In this document: piece after piece, positions 11,557 through 22,961 of the stretch
Numbering within the stretch: the first letter of the stretch is position 1
Layout of the letters: each line of letters opens with the position of its first letter
Translations under genes and position numbers: made by a program
DNA from: Neoconidiobolus thromboides FSU 785
Lineage: Eukaryota > Fungi > Entomophthoromycota
DNA: 38,960 bases
NCBI GenBank assembly: GCA_025603075.1
Contig: MU626437.1
Coordinates: 1-38,960 of the forward strand
Direction of reading: 5' to 3'
Notes under the pieces: model-generated
Told to the model about the DNA's origin: nothing
What the model saw: the letters and a program-made list of their open reading frames with translations, nothing else
Database searches by the model: none

Positions 11557-12625
11557 ATGCTTTCCACATTCGTTAAACCACAAATATCTAAGTTGCCGTT
11601 TTTAAATTTTAACAAACGATATATCAATACATTAAACTTATCTTATGACTTATATAAATCCGAGAATAGTCAAGGAAATATTATAATCTTACACGGTTTA
11701 TTTGGTAGTAAACAAAATTGGCGAAGTTTATCTAAAGCAATAAGTCAAAATGTTTCTCAAAATGTATACACAATAGATTTAAGAAATCATGGAGATTCAC
11801 CCCATAGTGAAAGTATGGAATATTCTGAACTATCAGCCGATATTATTAAAGTTATCGAAGATACTAATATTAATGAGAACATTACGTTAATTGGTCATAG
11901 TATGTAAGAATCTCTTTAAGTTCTTTTTGACAATACATAATTGATATCAATTTTTTATACTTAGGGGTGGTAGAGTAGCTATGAATTTAGTATTAGAACA
12001 ACAATATAAAAAAATAGGAAACAAAATTAATAAATTAATAGTAGTTGATGTTGGTCCCTATCCTATGGATATTGGTACTAGTTTTAATCATTACATACAA
12101 CAAATGAAAAAAATTGAAGCTAAGAAGATTAATAAACAATCAGAAGCTGATGCTATTTTAAATGAAAATGGAATAACAGTAAGAATGATAATAATATAAT
12201 TATAACGATTGATTTTATTAATATTTCCTTATATTTAGGATATTAATATACGTCAATTTTTATTAACTAATTTTAAAAAACAAACAAATGGTACTTATAA
12301 ATTTCGAAATCCTTTGTTAGTTTTAGAAAATCAATTACCAAGGTTAACTAAATTAGATGAAAAACTATTACAACAAAAATGTAATATGAAGACTCTTTTT
12401 ATTGCTGGTAGTAAATCAAATTACCTTCCCCAAGGTAGTTATGAAAAATTAAATCAATTATTTGTTAATTGTGAATTAAAATATTTAGATGCTGGACATT
12501 GGGGTAAGTTGAATATAATATAATATAATACTGGAATTAACTTTATTTTAATATCGTTTTATCTAGTTCATTCCCAAAAACCAAAAGAGTTTTTAGATTT
12601 AGTAACAAAATTTGTAAAAGCTTAA
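11557..12625 (+). CDS. ABHD11/YbfF-like alpha/beta hydrolase, probably mitochondrial, 4 exons
   Basis: Exons 11557-11903, 11965-12178, 12239-12503, 12567-12625. Motifs LHGLFGSKQNW, DLRNHGDSPH, GHS(M)|GG nucleophile elbow and AGHW|VHSQKP. The N-terminus is basic and presequence-like. Confidence 0.9.
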
Positions 12626-12707
12626 AATAATAAAATTAATTTTCTATATTCTATTTATTTATTTATTTATTTATTTATTATTTGTATTATAAATTAATTC
12701 TATTTTT

Positions 12708-14372
12708 TTATTCTTCTAGATCAGAATCTTCCTTTTTGTGCTTTGGTAAATCTATTGTATTCTTTTTCATATCCACAATAACTGTTTTAGTTTTAGGCTC
12801 ATGTGGGAATAGATCACCTCTTTTTGACTTTCTGGCATCTCTAAAAATCTTTTTTCCTTGTGAAGATGGAAAAACAGAATTATAAATATTACCATCTTTA
12901 TCACATAAGTTCATTAATACATGAGAGCCTTTTTTTTTAGGATGATCTAAAATACGACTCCAATATAAAGATTGATTTAGCCACTCTTGATCATTTTTAG
13001 CATTTTCAATATATTCCGGTTTATTTCCTTTTTGAATAATTAAATATGAATAATTACTATGCTCTACATTGGACTTGCTACTTTTAGCATCCATTGTAAA
13101 TTTAGGTCGTTGTACTTTTTGTTCAAAATGACACCATCTAGTTGTTCCTTTTTTAGGACAAATATTTGAATGTGGACAAGGTGCAAGGATATAGCATGAT
13201 TCCATTTCGTTTGTATTTAATAATTCTCTTGCTTGATTAATAATTTCAAATCCTCTTGTTGTTCCTTTTTCAATAATAACTACTGTATCTCGACTCCTTT
13301 CAATTAACTCCAATATCGCTTTTTGTCGTAATATATCTGATGGTAACTCCCCTAAGGAATAGGCTGCCATTACAATATCATATTTTTCTTCATTTGGGTT
13401 GTAGGAAAAATGTCTCTCTAACCTTACCTTACCTTTAAAACTATCTTCTTGATCGTGGTTCACTAAAAAAATAAGTATAAATATAAATATAGATATAAAT
13501 ACAAATATAAATAAACCTACATTTTATCAGTTTTTCAGCCGTTTCAAGCATAGCTTCTGATAAGTCCACACCATGATAATATTCTATATTTTCACTACCA
13601 AATATATCTTTTGCTGCCCTAAAATACTTTTGTTAAACCAAAGTCTTTTAGATATATATAATTATTACCATAAAGATGTACCAGGTCCAGTACCAAAATC
13701 CAGTATACGTTTTGGTTTTAATTTGGGTGCTCTTACTTGTAATTCGGATAAAACTTTATGTGTACAACCATAAAATCCAGGCATAATAGCTGCAATATAA
13801 GCTAGAGTTTCATTTTTATCATAAGTCAATAAATGTGGTTTACTAATTGGTAAATTAGGACGTTGATGTTGTTCTAAATATTTTTATTATTTTATTATGA
13901 GTATTAATGGATAAAAACTTACTTTGAATTAATTTAGCAGCACGAGTAATTGTATTTGAAGTTGGTAATAAAGAACTATATGAAGTAAATATTTTCAACG
14001 CGTTATGTTTAATATCTTCCATACTTCCTTCTGTTTTATTTATTAATAAATGGAAAGTAAATCTTTTAAAAAAACATTACCTTTTATTAATTTTTGAATG
14101 TTAGTTTTAAGACTTATTGGTATCTCTACCATCCTTGCTCCTGATTTACCAAACTTATTTTGATAAGTACCTCGCTGTATCTCTTCAGGCTCTTCCACAA
14201 TATCTTTTAAATTGTTTTCCACTTCCATTTCTTCATACCATTCCCAACTTGGATCTCCCTTTGGTGGTAATACCCCTTTACTTTCATCAAATTTTAAAGT
14301 TTTACTAAGAGTGTTACTCTGAGTTATTAAGCGTAATTGCTGGAATCTAAAATTGGATAATATTGGTTTCAT
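12708..14372 (-). CDS. RSM22: Mitochondrial small ribosomal subunit Rsm22/METTL17 methyltransferase-like protein, 5 exons
   Basis: Presequence-like N-terminus, LDFGTGPGT SAM motif, YHGVDLSEAM, IIEKGTTRGFEII, APCPH..CP...WCHFEQ and ARKSKRGDLFP. Confidence 0.92.
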
Positions 14373-14559
14373 TTTTTATAAAAATAAAAGATTAAGATAA
14401 TCTAAAATCTAAATTTTGATCTTGAAGTTTTTTTGATAAATTTAAGCAAAGTTTAAATTCCAAGCTTAAAACCAGAGTAGTTTGGAGTTAAATGTTTTTG
14501 ATGCTTTTAATTTGTAGTCAATTTCTTCAAATATGAACTTGAAAGCTACAGTTCTTTCT

Positions 14560-14660
14560 ATATGGAGATGTATTTTTTCATTTATTTTACGAGCAATCTT
14601 TCTGCTTAAATTGTGCTTAAAATGGAAAAAGTGATGAAACCAAAAAAAAAACATACTTAT
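14560..14660 (+). mobile_element. Degenerate copy of the GGGGATG MITE
   Basis: ATATGGAGATGTATTTTTT...GCTTAAAATGGAAAAAGTGATGAAACCAAAAAAAAACAT aligns with the family consensus. The right TIR is decayed. Confidence 0.75.
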
Positions 14661-15356
14661 CTTTAAATTTATGTTATTTTTTTGATTAAAAGTAAAAAAA
14701 TGACAGGTATCAACTGTAAGCTATTCTAAAGTCATTACCTTCATTGCGTATATACCCGGTATGCACCACAAATTTGCAACTAGACCATGATAGATATACT
14801 CATATTATTTGTTCAAGGATTTCAAGTCAAATGAAGCAGTTTGTAGTAATATTTTATTTTTAGAATTTTAAATTTATGACTACTATAACTAATGCCAATA
14901 CTAAATACTTACATGATAAGAGTACATTATCATCTATCATTTGGTTGTAACTTGCTTTAGTTAGTAATACTAAATAGTGCAACTAACAAAATACTTAAAA
15001 AAGATCTTTATGTGTAATATCCTATTTTTTTCTAATAAACAGTTGATATAAAATTTATCCCTTTTAGCTTACTCCCAAGAGATTGCATCTACTAGAGATT
15101 TAAACAATTCCCAGACAGGTCTAGAAAGGAGCCAATAGTAATAATATTAAGATTTATCAAGGAGTTGTTTCTATAATCCACACTTGATTATGTTAAGAAG
15201 AAGTAAATTCTAAAGGTAATTTAAGCTGAGTAAAAATGAACTAAAAAAACAATGTTTGAACCTTCTGTACTTTTTATCCATGGTTAATTTTAAATAAGGT
15301 GCTTCACAGCAATACTTTTTTACTGATTATGCTTAAAATTATATTAGCTTCCAGCT

Positions 15357-15819
15357 TGTGAAATATCGCTTTGTCAGTTCATGGTTAATTATAGCATAAC
15401 AATCGCCTAAGCTGCTGTGTTCTCGAGTTCAGAGGAAATCAATCCCACGTTCTTAGTTTGATTTACTATGAGAATTTCTAGCTCCATCCCAAAGAATATC
15501 ATCTTCTCATTTTGATATTTATACTTTTCAGAGTATAAAAGAGTTTACAGAGTATAGTTGTTCGAGACTTTTTAACTGAATTATTCCCTGATATCTCGAA
15601 CATTTAATAAAGCCATTAAGTTTTCTTAATAGTATTTTACATAGACTTTACATTAATATTGTCTATTCTATTTGTCTTATATAGTTTGTAACCTATTATG
15701 TCCTATTCCTCATAATCCAAGTCTATCTTAGTCACATAAACTAAGACCTTTCGACTTATAGTGTAGTCAACCCAGCAATAGCTGTTCTTGACTCCAAACC
15801 CTGAGTACCAGATTTCACA
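15357..15819 (+). mobile_element. Solo LTR, 463 bp
   Basis: TG...CA termini with inverted ends TGTGAAAT/ATTTCACA, TATAAAAG at 15534 and AATAAA at 15606. About 94% identical overall to 38470-38932 by hand count. No PBS, PPT or matching TSD in the flanks. Confidence 0.85.
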
Positions 15820-15896
15820 CCTATAATATAAAAAGGTTATAAAATCAGAACAATCTATATGAATTTTTAGACATTGTTATTATTTCTGTGATAAAT

Positions 15897-16002
15897 ATAT
15901 GGGAGTGTTTTTTTTGGCTTCGTTATTTTTTCCATTTTTAAGCGCTACTTAAGCGGAAAAATTACTAGTAAAATTCTTGAACACAAAAATACATCCCTAT
16001 AT
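15897..16002 (-). mobile_element. GGGGATG MITE copy (coordinates include the ATAT flanks)
   Basis: ATAT-GGGAGTG ... CATCCCT-ATAT; the interior aligns with the copy at 16273. Confidence 0.88.
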
Positions 16003-16272
16003 GTTGTTTTTTATATATCACTAATAACTTTTTAGTAAAATAACTAGAAAAAATTGATACTTTATTTAAGCTGTTTTAAATATAAAAATATAATATTCTA
16101 AGTTAATAATAAATAAAATTTTATTTCCCATTTGTTTATTTTTGTTTTTTATAATACTATTAAAGCTAACTTTTATATAGATAAATAGCTTTTTAAAGCT
16201 CGTAAAAGATAACTATCAACTACTTTTATAATTGCTTTGTTTACAATAAACACATCTACAGCCAATTGGTTT

Positions 16273-16379
16273 ATATGGGGATGTTTTTTTTGGCTTCATT
16301 ATTTTTTCCATCTTTTAAGCACTATTTGAGTGGAAAAATCGTTAGTAAAATTCTTAAACAAAAAAATACATCCCCATAT
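16273..16379 (-). mobile_element. GGGGATG MITE copy with perfect TIRs
   Basis: ATAT-GGGGATG ... CATCCCC-ATAT, 107 bp. It is the reverse complement of 16913-17019 with 2 mismatches. Confidence 0.92.
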
Positions 16380-16520
16380 ATATAATTTTAAAAAAAGCAA
16401 TGGTTTTTTTTCTGTAGTTATAATGATAATAATAAATGACTTTTTTATGAATATTTGATATAGACTTTAGCTTATTTTTTAACTCATTAATAAATTTAAA
16501 TTTGACAATTCGTACAACAA

Positions 16521-16604
16521 TATTGGGATGTATTTTTGTATTTAATAATTTACTAATAATTTTTATTAATTCAATAAAAATTCTACTAATCTACAACTCA
16601 TATA
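16521..16604 (+). mobile_element. Degenerate, internally deleted MITE copy
   Basis: TATTGGGATGTATTTTTGTATTTAATAATTTACTAATAATTTTT matches the left half of the consensus. The right end CAACTCATATA resembles the CACTCTCATAT variant end. Confidence 0.55.
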
Positions 16605-16789
16605 AAAAAATAATTTAAAGCTGCTAGGTATTATTGCTTTTTAACAAAGAGTTTATTTTTATAGAATTAACTAAAGTTTTAAAATACAGAATGTCTAAAA
16701 ATGGATGCAAAAATAAAACAGTTTGGATATCCTAAATGCCTATTTTTTATTTTAAAGGTTATAATTTTAAAGTCTTGCCACTAGTAATA

Positions 16790-16862
16790 GGGGTAGTAGC
16801 TCAATCGGTAGAGTACTCGCTTTGCATGCGAGGGGCACGGGGATCGAAACCCTGCTACTCCA
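16790..16862 (+). tRNA. tRNA-Ala (anticodon UGC), intronless
   Basis: Acceptor stem GGGGTAG/CTACTCC with the G3:U70 alanine identity pair; anticodon arm CTCGC-TTTGCAT-GCGAG; T6 terminator immediately downstream. Confidence 0.95.
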
Positions 16863-16912
16863 TTTTTTATTTATGAAATCTTAATCAACTTCCTATAGCA
16901 TTGATATTATAT

Positions 16913-17019
16913 ATATAGGGATGTATTTTTTTGTTTAAGAATTTTACTAACAATTTTTCCACTCAAATAGTGCTTAAAAGATGGAAAAAATAATGAAGCC
17001 AAAAAAAACATCCCCATAT
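16913..17019 (+). mobile_element. GGGGATG MITE copy 50 bp downstream of tRNA-Ala
   Basis: ATAT-AGGGATG ... CATCCCC-ATAT, 107 bp; inverted near-identical partner of 16273-16379. Confidence 0.92.
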
Positions 17020-17556
17020 GTTAATAGCTACTGAAGTTGTTATATATACTATTAGTTTAAAAATGTATTATAAACAATAATTATGTTACCTTAAATAAAG
17101 TTGAAAACGATTTAAATTATTGATATAATATCATATATTTATTAGTTGTTTTAAACTATACCTATTATATTGATTATTTATGTTATAAATGTTATACAGG
17201 TAAATCCTATAATTAACTGTATTTTGATAAAAAAAGGTAGTAAAATGAATCTAACTACACTAAAGACTTAAAGGTATTTTTGTTTTAGAATTAATAATAA
17301 TAAAGCTAAATATAACCTCTTATTGGCTTTAATCATAGATTGAATTGGTGCAAAAAATTAAGTCAAATCTTTTCAATATTTATTGACATTTACTTTGATC
17401 AATCTTTTTGTTTATATTTAATTTAGCCTTTTTATTATTTAAATAGTTAATTGTTTGTGTTTAGAAGTATGTTTATTGTAAAAATATTTAATCAGTATAA
17501 TGGAATAAAAAAGATAGAAATAACTAAATGAGTGATAACACAAGTAAACAAAAGTC

Positions 17557-18927
17557 TTAAATATCATCGAGTGAAGGGTAACCCGCTGCTATAGCTGTTG
17601 AACTAGTCAATTTAACTATTTCACTTTTTGGTTCTGATACGCTTTCCTCAGACTCTTCTTCTTTTACTTTAGGGTCATACATCGCATTTACTTTCTTTAT
17701 GATTTCTTTTATTATCAACACATGATTGATACGCTTCTGTTTATCATCCACGTCTTTTTCTTTCTTTTCTTCCATACTTTCTTCGTTATTCAATTTATTT
17801 TCTTTACTCTTCTCTCCCTTCTTAATATCTATGGCTTTCATGTTTGAGATAAGGCCATCCAGTTCGTCGTCAACTAGCTCTTCACTTGTCAATTCTTTAG
17901 CTTGAGAAGGCTCTTTACATAAAGGATTAGCATTCATCATAGTGTACATGTTAGGATCGTAATTCTGGAATTGAGGTTGAGAAGTATTCAACATTTGGTT
18001 ATTGTTGAACTCGTTATTATATTGGACAGGAGCAAACAACATGGAGTTCATATGTTGTTGATCCATCGAAGTAGTATTGGTATCGAAATCTAAAGAGGGA
18101 TACATCACGTTATTATTGTTATTGAAATATTCCGTGTTATTCATAGCCATTTCATTCTGGTTATAATTATAACTATTATCATAGCTTAAATGAGGAGGAG
18201 AAAGGGAAGAAGAGTGTTGATTCAAATTATTCAAATAATCCAAATCGAGCCCATTGGAAGCATTAGTCTGTAGCTGAGTCATAAACTCATTAAAATAATT
18301 AATATCAAAATTACTCTGTAGATTATTATCCATATTAAAGTTGTCCATGTTGTTAAACTTCATATTATTGAGCATTGCCTCCATATCATTATTATACTCT
18401 GGGTTTATACTTTTATTCTGTACTGTAGATACAAAATCACATAACTGTTGGTTTGGAAAATAAAAGCTTTGACTTTGTGGCGATGATATCAAATTATCTG
18501 ATGATGCCGATAATGGGGAAATATCCCTATACATCATATTATTGCTATAGGGATCCAAAAATCCATTCGTAGTATTATATATATTGTTCTCAGCAGCCAC
18601 ACCATTGTTATTGAGTTTGTTGCTATCTTTATTATCACCATGAAGCTTCTCATGTTTCTTGAGGTCTTGAGGCCTCTTGAATGCCTTGCTACAATGGTTA
18701 CACTTGTAAGGTTTATATGCGATGTGTACTTTGAGGTGAGAGGTGATATGGTCTCTTTTAGTCGTTTTTACGTCACAACCATCCCAGTGACAATCCAAGC
18801 AAAGGTTATTGGTACTCTTTCTACCAATATGACTCTCTGTAACATGCTTCAATAGAATTTCTTCATTGTTAAAAAATCCATTGCAGCCTGTCCAGCGGCA
18901 AGGTAAAGCTTCGTTGAAAATATCCAT
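17557..18927 (-). CDS. RIM101: pH-response C2H2 zinc-finger transcription factor PacC/Rim101, intronless, 456 aa
   Basis: Three N-terminal fingers with the PacC signature ([59 protein letters not shown]), an Asn-rich middle and two YPSL motifs. Confidence 0.95.
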   Translation of the reverse strand: MDIFNEALPCRWTGCNGFFNNEEILLKHVTESHIGRKSTNNLCLDCHWDGCDVKTTKRDHITSHLKVHIAYKPYKCNHCSKAFKRPQDLKKHEKLHGDNKDSNKLNNNGVAAENNIYNTTNGFLDPYSNNMMYRDISPLSASSDNLISSPQSQSFYFPNQQLCDFVSTVQNKSINPEYNNDMEAMLNNMKFNNMDNFNMDNNLQSNFDINYFNEFMTQLQTNASNGLDLDYLNNLNQHSSSLSPPHLSYDNSYNYNQNEMAMNNTEYFNNNNNVMYPSLDFDTNTTSMDQQHMNSMLFAPVQYNNEFNNNQMLNTSQPQFQNYDPNMYTMMNANPLCKEPSQAKELTSEELVDDELDGLISNMKAIDIKKGEKSKENKLNNEESMEEKKEKDVDDKQKRINHVLIIKEIIKKVNAMYDPKVKEEESEESVSEPKSEIVKLTSSTAIAAGYPSLDDI

Positions 18928-18995
18928 GTTATAAGTTTTTAATAAGTTAAAATACTAAATAAAAAAATCCTTTTTAACTTTGTTCCCTAAGCATG

Positions 18996-19216
18996 AATCT
19001 TGGCACCAAGATTTCTGTCTACCGCCAATCAGCTTACAAATGTTATTTGGAACGCCAAGAAAGCTATTGATTATTTTTATGATTTCATTTATTGAACAGC
19101 CAATGATATAGCTCACTATCGGCTATCTTTAAATATTTATTGGTTTCTATTTATAGGCTTGATATCCGACTAGAAAGTTGCTAGGTTGGTGATAAAGTTA
19201 AGATTTGATACTTGGC
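18996..19216. promoter_or_regulatory. Cluster of PacC/Rim101 consensus sites (GCCAAG) in the RIM101 promoter
   Basis: CTTGGC at 18999-19004 inside the palindrome AATCTTGG-CA-CCAAGATT, GCCAAG at 19054-19059 and CTTGGC at 19211-19216. CCAAT boxes at about 19025 and 19100. Confidence 0.7.
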
Positions 19217-22200
19217 ATTAGAGATTTATTACAGGTAGAGCTGATTTTATTTTATTTTATGCTAGTACTACTGTCCAAATTCAAAGTCAATCATTGTATT
19301 CAAATTCATTTTAATTTAAGGGTGCTTCTTTAAACTGGCGTGCTTTTTGTTTTGGAAAAGACCCTTTCTAAATGCCTGTTTTTTAAATGGAAAAAGTAAT
19401 TTGACATTTTGGAAGAAATGATTGGGTGGAAAAAATCAACTTAGTAGCTAATAAACTGCGAAAAGTTTAGTAAACATTAATAGAATTTTAAGTAGCGAAA
19501 TTAGTTTTAAGCTTAGATTTAAAAATACTACAGTATAATTAAACTCAAAATAAAAGTTATATTCTGCATAAAAAATATTGAAACATTCTGATGGTTTGTT
19601 TGTGCAAAAGTAACTTTAATTTCAAATTTGTTTATTTCAATCATTATAACCAAGTAGTACACTAACAAATTATATTAAAAGGATCATAAATGAACTAAGA
19701 AAACAAAGATAAGCTAATAGCAATAGGGTTTTTGTACAAAAGCGATAAATTAATAACAAAACTAAATGTTAATTATTTACATAAACTATAAATAATATAT
19801 TAGTTTTTATTTTTAGAGTCCTTTATTAATAAACAGTGTTAGTAAGAAGATCAAGCAAAGAATCATGTATGGTTTAACTAATTGATGTATGAAAGTTAAA
19901 TTTGTTTATTATTTATTGTTATCAAATGATTCCTTTTTATTTTATTTGTATTTTATGAAAGTAAATAATGGATATAAAAAATCTAATATTTAAATTCATT
20001 TTAAAATATAAAAAAGACTTTAAGATTTTTAATAAAACAATGAAATCCATTATCTAAAGTGAAATTTGTAATGTTAATATAGTATTAATATATTTCAATA
20101 TTTAATTTAATAATAATAATACTTTAAAAAGCAATGTTTAATTTAATATTGCGCTTTAAAACTTTATTCGATTAAAAATTATTATATAATATATGATAGC
20201 TTTGATTTATTTTATAGTTTTAACTAAGAGGAATTTTACACTTACATTTTATAAAGACTAAATATGATAAAAATTTATTTATTAAAATTATGTCATATTA
20301 TATCCCAAGTTTTTTTTAAATCTAAAGGTTGAAAGTTTTGTGTTTTTATCAGTTAAAGTTATATATATGAGGGGTTACTTGAGGTGAGTAAAGTTAAAGA
20401 ATGAACAATTTCTATAGAATGTCGTGGATTTGTCTATAACGGGATGGTTAAAAACATTTAAAAGGACAGAGATATTAGACATAAACAAATTCCGTAAACT
20501 ATTAAATAGTTTTACCAATACTTAATGATTAACTTAAAAATAAGCTTGAAATGTGACAATGTTTTGACAAATTAAAGCATATCAACTGTTAAATATTTGA
20601 CAATAAAACTTTACCATGTAATGCTATAACTTAGCGGGAAAATAAATGAGGCAAAACAATATAAACTTCGAGAAGCAGACAGCTAATTACATTAATAAAA
20701 AAGTATAAAACTTAGTAATTTTTTATACGGTATTTGGTTTATCCTAAAATTTGCTAAGGAGCTTTAATGATATAATCAGCCGTTTTAATAGAAAAATTCA
20801 AGTTGGGGTAAATTTTTAGCTTATTATCGAAATTATTATAATTATATAATAAAATGCCATGTAATTATTTAAATAATAACTTGACTATTTATTTAATAGA
20901 ACGATTAACAAATAACTCCATTAATAATATGTGCTATCACAATTTATTAATTGTGCCGTGTTACTAATTAATGATATTTTATTTTACAAAACAAATTTTG
21001 AACTTTTATCAAATAAAAGTTTCTATTTATAGCTAAATTTTAAGCTATTCTTGTTTTATAATTTAACAACTTATTTTCTAAAATTTACTATTATTACCCA
21101 AGCAAAAACCCTTAGCTTTAAGTTTAGGGTAATTGTATATAGCCGTTTTATAAAATATTCATTACTTCTTTATATATATTTAAATAATAGCATTGAAGCT
21201 TGTATATCACAACTCTCTTATCTTATACACCGTAATCCATTTAAACCATAAGAAACATTGATATAATTTATTATGATTTTATCAATTCTATATTTAGATA
21301 AACTTTATTTTCCATTATACTCAAGTTAAAAATAATTTTTATATTTTTGTACCCTTTGATTTTCTATTGTATTCAGTTAGCTTATGGCAGCAAACGTTCA
21401 ATTAAAAGTTGAATGAGTTTTGTTGCAGCAAAGTTCATTTTGTTTAGAAATACAACCAACTTATTATAAAGTGGTTATAATAAAGTTATAGTTGTGGACT
21501 GAGCATTAAGTTATAATAATATTAATAATAATGATTTCATTTTATTTTTAGAATGAAAATAATAAAATAATAAAATAATAAAACATAGGGCAACAGTTAA
21601 TATAATTTGATGCACTTGGCTATTTAAAGTTTATACTTAATATTTTATCTCGGCAAAATAACAAGATCAATAACTTTAGTAATACAAATAAAGTTCTAAT
21701 TTTTAACCAAGCATAAAAAGGTAAGCATATTATATATGTGGGATGATGCAAATACAAGTTATAGTATAACAAGGTCTAGAGTATTAAAACAAATTTCTTT
21801 CTCTTCGGGGAAGCAAATTCATTTGAACCCTCAAGAATAGTACCACGAGTTGCTGAAAAGTATCAAATTCTATGGAATGGTTCCATAAATGGGCTTTTTT
21901 TATAACCAAAACAGATTTCAACTTAACCCAAGATCTAAACAATATTTTTGGGCATGTCTAAATAGTCAGTAGCTTATAAAACGGTTTCATTTATTAATTA
22001 CAAACATACTATCTTTTAATTGGTTGATATGGTTTCAGTTGATCTTAACTCGATATCATTTGATTGAACCTTAGTTTATAGAATTTTATTTCAAATAAGA
22101 GCCACAAATCATAAGAACAAAAAACATGTTTTAATGTCTTTATTGGTAGATTTAAATTAACTAATCAAGTAAATGAACTAACTTCAAGATTGGTACCGCT

Positions 22201-22961
22201 AAGTTCATTCAATATTCATTGAAATTAAACTAAACAAAGCAATAGGTAAAACTTAATAGTGGACGCTTGAATTCTTTAAATTAAATATAGCCTTAATGTA
22301 AAATTTTCATTTAAAAAAAACAAAGCTTTATTATTTTATTATTAAATAAACAAAACCTTAAGCTTTTAATAGCTGTTTTAATAAATGAATTTACACCACA
22401 TGATTCATAAGAAAGATCTCATTAATCCGGGTTGAAACTGGTTTTATAAATGGTTGTAATCAACCTTGAACATTTTAGAATTTTTGAGATTGGGAATTAA
22501 ATAAGTTTTGTAAAAATATTTATGATTTTTGTTGAAATTGTTTAGTCTTCTTCAGTAGTAGCTTCTATTTTCTGCCTATCTTATGAATCCTTAAGGAGTA
22601 CCTTAAACTTGTACCTAACTTGTGATTTTGTAACTGTAAAACTATATTCTTCAGGCTGCCGCATTAACTGAGATTACACAAATCAACTTCTTACTTAAAA
22701 AGTTACGGAATAAATTTTCCAAAAATTTTCAATATAGAAATAATAAAAGTTCTTATCAACTCCCTTCTTAATTTTAAGTTCACTATCCTTAAATAACATT
22801 TCCCCCTATATTTGTTTTTATTTACTTTTAATTTATTAGCTTTTTTTATTTCTATTTGGGATTCAAGTTTGACTTATTTTTTAATCGTATATAAATAACT
22901 CCAAATTTCAATTTCTTTTTTTTTCACTTTTATTTTTTCTAAAATTTAATTTGAATTAAAA

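Noticed and set aside
12650-12680. (ATTT)n run and similar simple repeats (13470-13515, 8090-8160, 32420-32455)
   Set aside because: Ordinary microsatellite or slippage repeats expected in AT-rich DNA.
95-15357. Full-length LTR retrotransposon between same-orientation LTR copies
   Set aside because: The interval holds ordinary host genes; there is no gag/pol, PBS or PPT next to any copy.
15725-15819. Hammerhead ribozyme (retrozyme) in the conserved LTR end
   Set aside because: The minus strand has a stem followed by GAAA and GTC, but the required CUGANGA core is absent (CTGGGTTGA at the expected place).
15897-17019. CRISPR-like or tandem repeat array
   Set aside because: Spacing is irregular, orientations are mixed and each unit has TIRs; these are dispersed MITEs in a eukaryote.
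20360-20480. Possible ncRNA after a TATATATA tract
   Set aside because: No C/D, H/ACA, Sm-site or snRNA/SRP signature and no convincing stems.
21661-22140. Plus-strand frame with few stops, all TAA/TAG, hinting at stop-codon reassignment or a pseudogene
   Set aside because: Host genes here terminate with TAA, TAG and TGA, and conserved ORFs have no internal stops. Seven stops in 160 codons is only modestly below chance and no family was recognised.
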